64,000 bases of DNA from Nautiliales bacterium (GTDB lineage: Bacteria; Campylobacterota; Campylobacteria; Campylobacterales; JAADDX01). Under the pieces are notes generated by a model that did not search any database, was not told the DNA's origin, and was given only the letters and a program-made list of their open reading frames with translations. Both the position numbers and the translations under genes were made by a program. Within the stretch, counting starts at the first letter, position 1. Every line of letters begins with the position of its first letter. Where the stretch lies: assembly GCA_030826765.1 (NCBI GenBank), contig JAUUDM010000033.1:6254-70253 (forward strand). Reading direction: 5' to 3'. Shown here one piece after another: positions 58,329 through 64,000 of the stretch.

Positions 58329-59061
58329 TTTAATCTTAGCTATCATCTTTGGTATCTTAATAGGTAGTTTTTTAAATGTAGTAATATTAAGAATACCAAA
58401 AAATGAAAATATAATATTTCCAGCAAGTCACTGCCCTACTTGTAAAACACCTCTAAAATGGTGGCATAATATACCTATAATTTCTTATATTTTTCTAAAA
58501 GGAAAATGTGCTTTTTGTAAAGAAAAAATTTCAATTCAATATCCATTAGTTGAATTAGCAAGTGGTATAATTGTTGGAATTGTTTATTATAAAAATGGAT
58601 TTGATATATATTCACTAATGCTTATGGCTTCTTTTTTATCTCTATTAGTTTCAAGTGTAGTAGATTTAAAATATAAAGCTATTACTTATATTATGAATAT
58701 ATTACCAGTTACATTTGCTATCTTTTCAAACGAAGATATTTTAGAAAATTTCAAAAATGCATTGCTTTTAGCAGGAGGAGCTGTTTTTATACGTGATTAT
58801 GTAAGTGCTTTTATAAATAAAGAAGCAATGGGAGATGGAGATATCTTAGTATTTGCTACTATGGGAGCAATTTTAGGAATTAAATTATCTTTAATAGCAC
58901 TATTTTTAGGAGCAATTTTTGCTATTTTCCCAGCAATCTATAATAGAATTGCACAAAAAGATTTAGAATTGCCTTTTATTCCTTTTTTAAGTTTAGGACT
59001 TTTTATAGTGTGGCTATTTGAAAATCAATTTTTAGAAATATGGAATAAACTATATGCTTAA
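58315..59061 (+). CDS. Prepilin peptidase (PilD/A24 family)
   Basis: GSFLNVVI.R.P, CPTC...KC.FC zinc motifs, catalytic Asp in VDL and MGDGD, PFIPFL. Start moved to ATG 58315. Confidence 0.93.
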   Translation: MEVYNLILAIIFGILIGSFLNVVILRIPKNENIIFPASHCPTCKTPLKWWHNIPIISYIFLKGKCAFCKEKISIQYPLVELASGIIVGIVYYKNGFDIYSLMLMASFLSLLVSSVVDLKYKAITYIMNILPVTFAIFSNEDILENFKNALLLAGGAVFIRDYVSAFINKEAMGDGDILVFATMGAILGIKLSLIALFLGAIFAIFPAIYNRIAQKDLELPFIPFLSLGLFIVWLFENQFLEIWNKLYA

Positions 59062-60031
59062 ATTAGATAAGTACTTAATAGAAAACTTTTTTTCATCATT
59101 TTTTACTCTTTTTACAATACTTTTTATTATAGCCTCAATGGTATTTCTGTTAACTATTTCCAATATGACTGCCATACTAAAAATAAATATTTTTGAATTT
59201 TTATATCTTTATGTTTTAACACTTCCTCAAATTATATTTTATACATTACCTTTATCTTTTTTTATAACTGCTGCATTTTCTTTATCTAAACTATTTGAAA
59301 ATTCAGAACTTATTACAGTATTATCTCTTGGAGTTTCACCAAAAAGAATATTAAAACCTTTATTTTTTATTAGTATATTTTTTACTTTTTTACTTTTAAT
59401 TATTACATTTTTATCAATTCCAACCAGTAATATTTTATATAAAAATTTTATAAATGTAAAAAAAACTGAATCACAATTCAATTTTAAACCATCAGAAATT
59501 GGACAAAAATTTGGAAATTGGAATATATTTATAGAGAAAAAAGAAAAAAATAGTTATAAAAATGTAGTTTTGTATAATAATAAACAGAATATTTTAATTC
59601 TAGCAAAAAATGCAAAAACTCATAAAAAAGATAATTATTTTGTTCTATCTTTATATGATGGTACAATCTATTATACAAATAAAAAAACAAATATAATAAA
59701 GTTTAAACAATTAAATATAAATAATAAAATAAAAATAAATAATTTAAGTATATTAAAAATAACTGAATACATAAAAACTAACAGAAAAAAAATAAATAAA
59801 TATTTTCTTATTTCTATATTTCCTTTTATCTCATTTTTTTTTATAGGAGCAATTTCATTTTTCCATAATAGATATGAGAAAAATCATTCTATTACTTATG
59901 CTTTAATAATTTCTATTACTTATTATATCTCAGTTTTTGTTACTTATAAACATCTATATTCTATTATTTTAATACCAATATTTATATTAGTTGGATATAT
60001 ATTTGAAAGAAAAAGGATAGCAAGATTTTAA
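59054..60031 (+). CDS. LptF/LptG family LPS export permease
   Basis: Three N-terminal TM helices, SEL..LSLG.SP, beta-rich periplasmic domain, C-terminal TMs. Confidence 0.85.
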   Translation: MLKLDKYLIENFFSSFFTLFTILFIIASMVFLLTISNMTAILKINIFEFLYLYVLTLPQIIFYTLPLSFFITAAFSLSKLFENSELITVLSLGVSPKRILKPLFFISIFFTFLLLIITFLSIPTSNILYKNFINVKKTESQFNFKPSEIGQKFGNWNIFIEKKEKNSYKNVVLYNNKQNILILAKNAKTHKKDNYFVLSLYDGTIYYTNKKTNIIKFKQLNINNKIKINNLSILKITEYIKTNRKKINKYFLISIFPFISFFFIGAISFFHNRYEKNHSITYALIISITYYISVFVTYKHLYSIILIPIFILVGYIFERKRIARF

Positions 60032-60762
60032 GAGTTCAAGCAATAATAAGTTATGATGGAAGTAAATTTCAAGGGATTCAATCTCAACCACATAAACAAA
60101 CCGTACAAGATAAAATAGAATTTGCTTTATCAAAACTAAATATAAACAGCAAAATCAACTATGCTGGCAGAACTGATACAGGAGTTCATGCTCTAAATCA
60201 AAGTGTTGATTTTTTAATTCCTAAATTTTGGCAAGATTTAAATCAATTAAAAATATCTCTAAATAAAATAATAGCCCCTTATATTTTCATAAAAACTATT
60301 CGTTTAGTAGATAAAAATTTTCATTCAAGATTTTTAGCGACTGCCAGAAGTTACAGATATCTAATTACAAATCAACCCAGTCCATTTTCAAATGATTATA
60401 CATTTTACAAAAAAACTTTAGATATAGAAATTATGCAAAAAGCTATAAAATATTTTATAGGAACTCACGACTTTGAATATTTTCATAAAACTGGAAGCGA
60501 CACCCATTCATTTATAAGAAAAATTTACAATGCCTATATAATCACTCACAAAAATTATGTTATAATCAAATATATAGGAAATGGTTTTTTAAGAAGTCAA
60601 GTAAGAATGATGACTGGGTTTCTAATAGATATTTCTGATAAAAAATTAACTATTAATGATTTAAAAAATCAAATTGATAAAAATAAAAAAGTATCAACAA
60701 AACTAATAATGCCAAATGGATTATATTTTGAAAGAGTTTATTATAAAAGGAGTCAAAAATGA
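60025..60762 (+). CDS. truA: tRNA pseudouridine(38-40) synthase TruA; full reading frame, probable non-canonical ATT start
   Basis: Frame is open from 60007: ILRVQAIISYDGSKFQG...AGRTDTGVHA...GTHDF...GNGFLRSQVR...GLYF. The track shows only the C-terminal 109 aa from an internal ATG. Confidence 0.88.
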   Translation: MLRVQAIISYDGSKFQGIQSQPHKQTVQDKIEFALSKLNINSKINYAGRTDTGVHALNQSVDFLIPKFWQDLNQLKISLNKIIAPYIFIKTIRLVDKNFHSRFLATARSYRYLITNQPSPFSNDYTFYKKTLDIEIMQKAIKYFIGTHDFEYFHKTGSDTHSFIRKIYNAYIITHKNYVIIKYIGNGFLRSQVRMMTGFLIDISDKKLTINDLKNQIDKNKKVSTKLIMPNGLYFERVYYKRSQK

Positions 60763-61553
60763 GAAAAGCAAGTGTAGCTGGAAGTTTTTATCCAGCAAGT
60801 TGTAATGAAATAGAAACACATATAACTTATTTTAATGAAGTTTTAGATAAAAATATAGAAGAAAAAGATAGAAAACTTTTTGATTTAAAACCAAAAGCTT
60901 TAATCGTTCCACATGCAGGATGGGTATATTCTGGATTTACTGCAAATTTTGTATATAGAATGACTAAAAACTTTGATTCTAAAAGAGTTATTTTAATAGG
61001 TCCAAGTCATAAAATAGCTTACGAAGGTGCTTCTATTTGTTTAGAGCATGAATATGAATCTCCTTGTAAAAATATAAAAATTGATACAGAATACTCTAAG
61101 ATTCTAAAAGAAAAATTTGATTTAATAAATTTACCTTCAGCTCACGCAGAACATTCAACAGAAGTTCAAGTTCCTTTTATAGCTCATTATATAAAAGATG
61201 TAGAGTTAGTAGAAATAATTTATTCGGATTATTCACCAACAAAACTTAGTGAAATTATAAACTTTTTATTGGAAGATAAAAAAAATTTAGTTGTAATAAG
61301 TAGTGATTTAAGCCATTATTATGATAAAAAAACAGCAATGGCACTTGATTACAATTGTATTCAAGCAGTTCATGATTTAGATGAAAAAATGTTAGATAAA
61401 TGTGAAGCGTGCGGTAAAATAGGAATAAACGCAATTATCAAAAGTGCTGAAGATTTAAATTTAACACCTTTAATAGTTGATTATCGAACAAGTGCTGACG
61501 CAAGTGGAGATGAGACCCAAGTAGTTGGATATATGAGTGCTATTTTTGTTTAA
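60759..61553 (+). CDS. amrB: AmmeMemoRadiSam system protein B (MEMO1 family)
   Basis: R...VAGSFYP, VPHAG..YSG, GPSH, EHS.EVQ.PF, SSDLSHY, ACG, VVGY. Confidence 0.92.
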   Translation: MRKASVAGSFYPASCNEIETHITYFNEVLDKNIEEKDRKLFDLKPKALIVPHAGWVYSGFTANFVYRMTKNFDSKRVILIGPSHKIAYEGASICLEHEYESPCKNIKIDTEYSKILKEKFDLINLPSAHAEHSTEVQVPFIAHYIKDVELVEIIYSDYSPTKLSEIINFLLEDKKNLVVISSDLSHYYDKKTAMALDYNCIQAVHDLDEKMLDKCEACGKIGINAIIKSAEDLNLTPLIVDYRTSADASGDETQVVGYMSAIFV

Positions 61554-62226
61554 AAATCAGCACTTCTTTATCCGGCATATCTCCATCATATAGATTTATT
61601 TTTATTTTTTTCTCAAATTTTAATGGATTTAATTTTTTAAGTTTTGCATTTTTATGAAAATATTGAATAATTTCACCTTCTTGCTTTTCGTAACAGTTGC
61701 TATTTTTTTCAAATAGAGTAATTTTAGTTACCATTTTATCATCTTCAAAAATTGAATTTAAAACTGCAAACTTATCTTCATCTTCAACAGCAATAGTACC
61801 CTGTGCTATTTCATCAAATCCATAAAAAGTATTTATATCAAAAAGAAAATATCCATCTTTTTTCAACACATTTTTAACACATTTAAAAAAGTTTTTTAGA
61901 TATTCATCATCCATATAATTAACAACATCAAAAATAGCTACACAAACATCAAATTCCCCACTAAATTCACATAAATCTTTATGGTAAACTTCTAAGCCTT
62001 TTTCTTTTGCCAAATTAATCATTTCTTCACTAATATCAATTCCAACAACATCAAATCCAGCTTCTTTCGCTTTTAACATAAATCCACCAGTTCCACAACC
62101 AATATCAAGAATAGTTTTTACATTTAATTTTTTTAATTCTTCAATATATTTCCCCCACAAAAAATCCATAACATCTTCAAAATCAAAAAGATGCTCAACT
62201 TTTGCATATAAATCTAATCCATTCAT
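61540..62226 (-). CDS. Class I SAM-dependent methyltransferase
   Basis: LDIGCGTG, GIDIS, FD.VNY, G.FLFD.NT. Confidence 0.9.
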   Translation of the reverse strand: MNGLDLYAKVEHLFDFEDVMDFLWGKYIEELKKLNVKTILDIGCGTGGFMLKAKEAGFDVVGIDISEEMINLAKEKGLEVYHKDLCEFSGEFDVCVAIFDVVNYMDDEYLKNFFKCVKNVLKKDGYFLFDINTFYGFDEIAQGTIAVEDEDKFAVLNSIFEDDKMVTKITLFEKNSNCYEKQEGEIIQYFHKNAKLKKLNPLKFEKKIKINLYDGDMPDKEVLIFKQK

Positions 62227-62840
62227 TTATTTACAATCTCTTCTATTCTTTCATAAAGTTCTATAATTTGTGGTTTTTTAGCTACAAAAGAGTTTTTATT
62301 TGCAATAAGTCTTGCACTTACATAATCTAAAACATCCTCTTTTACTTCAAGTCCGTTTTCTTTCATAGTAGTTCCAGTCTCAACTATATCCACGATAACA
62401 TCACTAAGTCCAATAAGTGGTGCAAGCTCGATAGAACCATTTAATTTGATAATTTCAGCTGGAATTCCTTTTTTTGAAAAATACTCTTTTGCAATTCCCT
62501 GAAGTTTTGTAGCAACTTTTAATTCAGTTTTATTTTTATAACTTTCATCACCCTTGATTCCACCTACACAAATTTTACAAATTCCAAGCTTCATATCTAA
62601 AAGTTCTAAAACATCTAAATTAAGTTCTTTTAAAACATCATATCCAACTACTCCAATATCAGCAGCTTGATGATACACATAAGTTGCAACATCCCAATTT
62701 CTAACATTTAAAAATGTAAATCCTGCTTTTTTTAGAATTAATTCTCTTCCTTTAAATTGAAAATCCTCATTAAATATTTCTTTGAAAATATCCAAAGTTT
62801 GCTCAGCAATTCTTCCTTTTGGTAAAGCTACTGTAATCAT
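62223..62840 (-). CDS. hisG: ATP phosphoribosyltransferase, short form (needs HisZ)
   Basis: ALPKGR, ATK, GSIELAP..GL.D.IVDIVETG.T; 205 aa. Confidence 0.96.
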   Translation of the reverse strand: MITVALPKGRIAEQTLDIFKEIFNEDFQFKGRELILKKAGFTFLNVRNWDVATYVYHQAADIGVVGYDVLKELNLDVLELLDMKLGICKICVGGIKGDESYKNKTELKVATKLQGIAKEYFSKKGIPAEIIKLNGSIELAPLIGLSDVIVDIVETGTTMKENGLEVKEDVLDYVSARLIANKNSFVAKKPQIIELYERIEEIVNK

Positions 62841-63448
62841 AAATTGTTCTCCTTAATTGTTTGTTTCATTCCTCTAAAAACTAAATCTTTTATATAAATA
62901 GAATTATCAAAAAATTTAGATAAATATGCCCCATCTCCACCTGTGAAATAAAGTTTTTTATTTTTTTCTATATTTTCTATAAAACTTATAATCATTCCAA
63001 TAGAGCCAAAACTAATAGCATCTACTGTATTTATAGGTAAAATCTCTCTTTCTATTTGCATATTAAAATTATAATCTAATTTTGCACTAATTGCAGAATA
63101 AGTTTTATTCAATGCATTAATTCCCGGAATTATATATCCACCTAAATGGACACTATTATTCATAATATCTATTGTAATAGCACTTCCTGCATCTACTACT
63201 ATTCCATTATCAATTGTTTTACAAGCCATTATTCTATCAATTCCAAGACCTATATAACTTGTATCAAAATTTACAAATTTACTCAAATCTATACTTTCAG
63301 GATTTTTTTTGAGTAATTCTTTTGTTTTTTCTTCATTTACACTAATATAATAAATTTTTTCTTGTTTAATTTTACATTTATCACTATCAATTAATTTACC
63401 ATTATAACTAAAATGAAAATGAGTATTTCCAATATCACAAAGAATCAC
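62837..63448 (-). CDS. coaX: Type III pantothenate kinase
   Basis: DIGNT, GIDR, VDAGSAITID, GG.I.PG, TGGDG. Start placed at GTG 63448, 5 nt after GGAGG. Confidence 0.93.
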   Translation of the reverse strand: MILCDIGNTHFHFSYNGKLIDSDKCKIKQEKIYYISVNEEKTKELLKKNPESIDLSKFVNFDTSYIGLGIDRIMACKTIDNGIVVDAGSAITIDIMNNSVHLGGYIIPGINALNKTYSAISAKLDYNFNMQIEREILPINTVDAISFGSIGMIISFIENIEKNKKLYFTGGDGAYLSKFFDNSIYIKDLVFRGMKQTIKENNL

Positions 63449-63756
63449 AAAATCCTCCACTCTTTTAAAAACTCTTTTGTTTTAGAACAAATTTCTCCAC
63501 TTAAAAGCAAAATTCTTTTTTTATATTTAAAATTTATATCTTTTATGTTTTCTATTTTTGATAAAAATTCAAGTAATTCTTTTGCATCTTTCATCAAAAA
63601 CCTACTCTTTTTGTTAAGTTTAACTATTAAATAATAGTTGTTTTTCATATCAACACCCAAATATACTTCTATTTTTTTTCTTGTTTTTGGTGTAATATTT
63701 TTAATCTCTTTTAAAATTATATTATTATCAAAAAGATAATTATTCATTTCATTCAT
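63445..63756 (-). CDS. Hypothetical basic protein
   Basis: About 103 aa between the recombinase and coaX; AAAGGA RBS before ATG 63756. Confidence 0.7.
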   Translation of the reverse strand: MNEMNNYLFDNNIILKEIKNITPKTRKKIEVYLGVDMKNNYYLIVKLNKKSRFLMKDAKELLEFLSKIENIKDINFKYKKRILLLSGEICSKTKEFLKEWRIL

Positions 63757-64000
63757 CAAATTCCTTTAATGGATGGAATTTTTCTACAGTTTCATAAAGA
63801 TTTTCTTTTTGGATATGTGTATAAATTTGAGTAGTAAGCATACTTGAATGTCCTAATAATTCTTGAACTACTCTTAAATCTGCCCCACCCAAAATTAAAG
63901 AAGTTGCAAAAGAGTGTCTTAATACGTGAGGAGAAACATTTAGATACTTTTTTGTAATATGAAAAGCACTAATTCTTGAAAGTCTTCCTCTTCTTGAATT
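63749..64000 (-). CDS. XerD-like tyrosine recombinase, C-terminal part (enters from the right edge)
   Basis: Manual translation ...[40 protein letters not shown]...FHPLKEFDE*; catalytic HxxR, H and Y present. Confidence 0.9.
   Translation of the reverse strand, partial: NSRRGRLSRISAFHITKKYLNVSPHVLRHSFATSLILGGADLRVVQELLGHSSMLTTQIYTHIQKENLYETVEKFHPLKEFDE

Noticed and set aside
60433-60762. truA as a 109-aa truncated gene or frameshifted pseudogene
   Set aside because: The frame continues upstream without stops or frameshift and includes the catalytic motif; only the start codon is atypical.
16889-61553. Short 3' overlaps of convergent genes (16889-16894, 45885-45901, 61540-61553) as antisense regulation
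   Set aside because: These are ordinary in compact genomes, and nothing in the sequence indicates a regulatory role.
835-63634. Many short antisense or nested ORFs in the track (e.g. 835-1089, 1333-1719, 21071-21430, 33886-34269, 38819-39190, 54603-54947)
   Set aside because: They lie opposite or inside well-supported genes, have Ser/Phe/Ile-rich shadow composition, and show no recognisable motifs.

Overview
A very AT-rich, densely packed core-chromosome segment. It most likely comes from a free-living Campylobacterota (epsilonproteobacterium), judging from conserved gene blocks (bioA/ppiD-ftsA-ftsZ, pgbA-glcD, fliP/glmU-coaBC-uppS-prepilin peptidase-lptF-truA), futalosine-pathway mqnA, AddAB, tRNA-Arg(GCG) and TGnTATAAT extended -10 promoters. 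It holds about 60 CDSs (partial bamA at the left edge, partial XerD-like recombinase at the right edge) and one tRNA. I saw no IS, prophage, CRISPR array or recognisable defence island, so there is no clear-cut new system here. The strongest leads are: (1) an intact truA with no ATG/GTG/TTG start, probably starting at ATT; (2) a cUUCGg-capped leader hairpin in front of an RRM RNA-binding gene; (3) a divergent locus where a FIST/NosP-type c-di-GMP phosphodiesterase is coupled to addBA and a NIT chemoreceptor is coupled to xth-uvrC; (4) a recurring 16-bp palindromic bidirectional promoter; (5) an accessory beta-propeller lipoprotein with an exact 57-bp in-frame duplication; (6) an OB/coiled-coil/pseudo-receiver protein; (7) an HxHxQ HIT variant; (8) a PomAB-like Na+-type flagellar stator. 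All functional calls come from motif recognition by eye; no searches were run.
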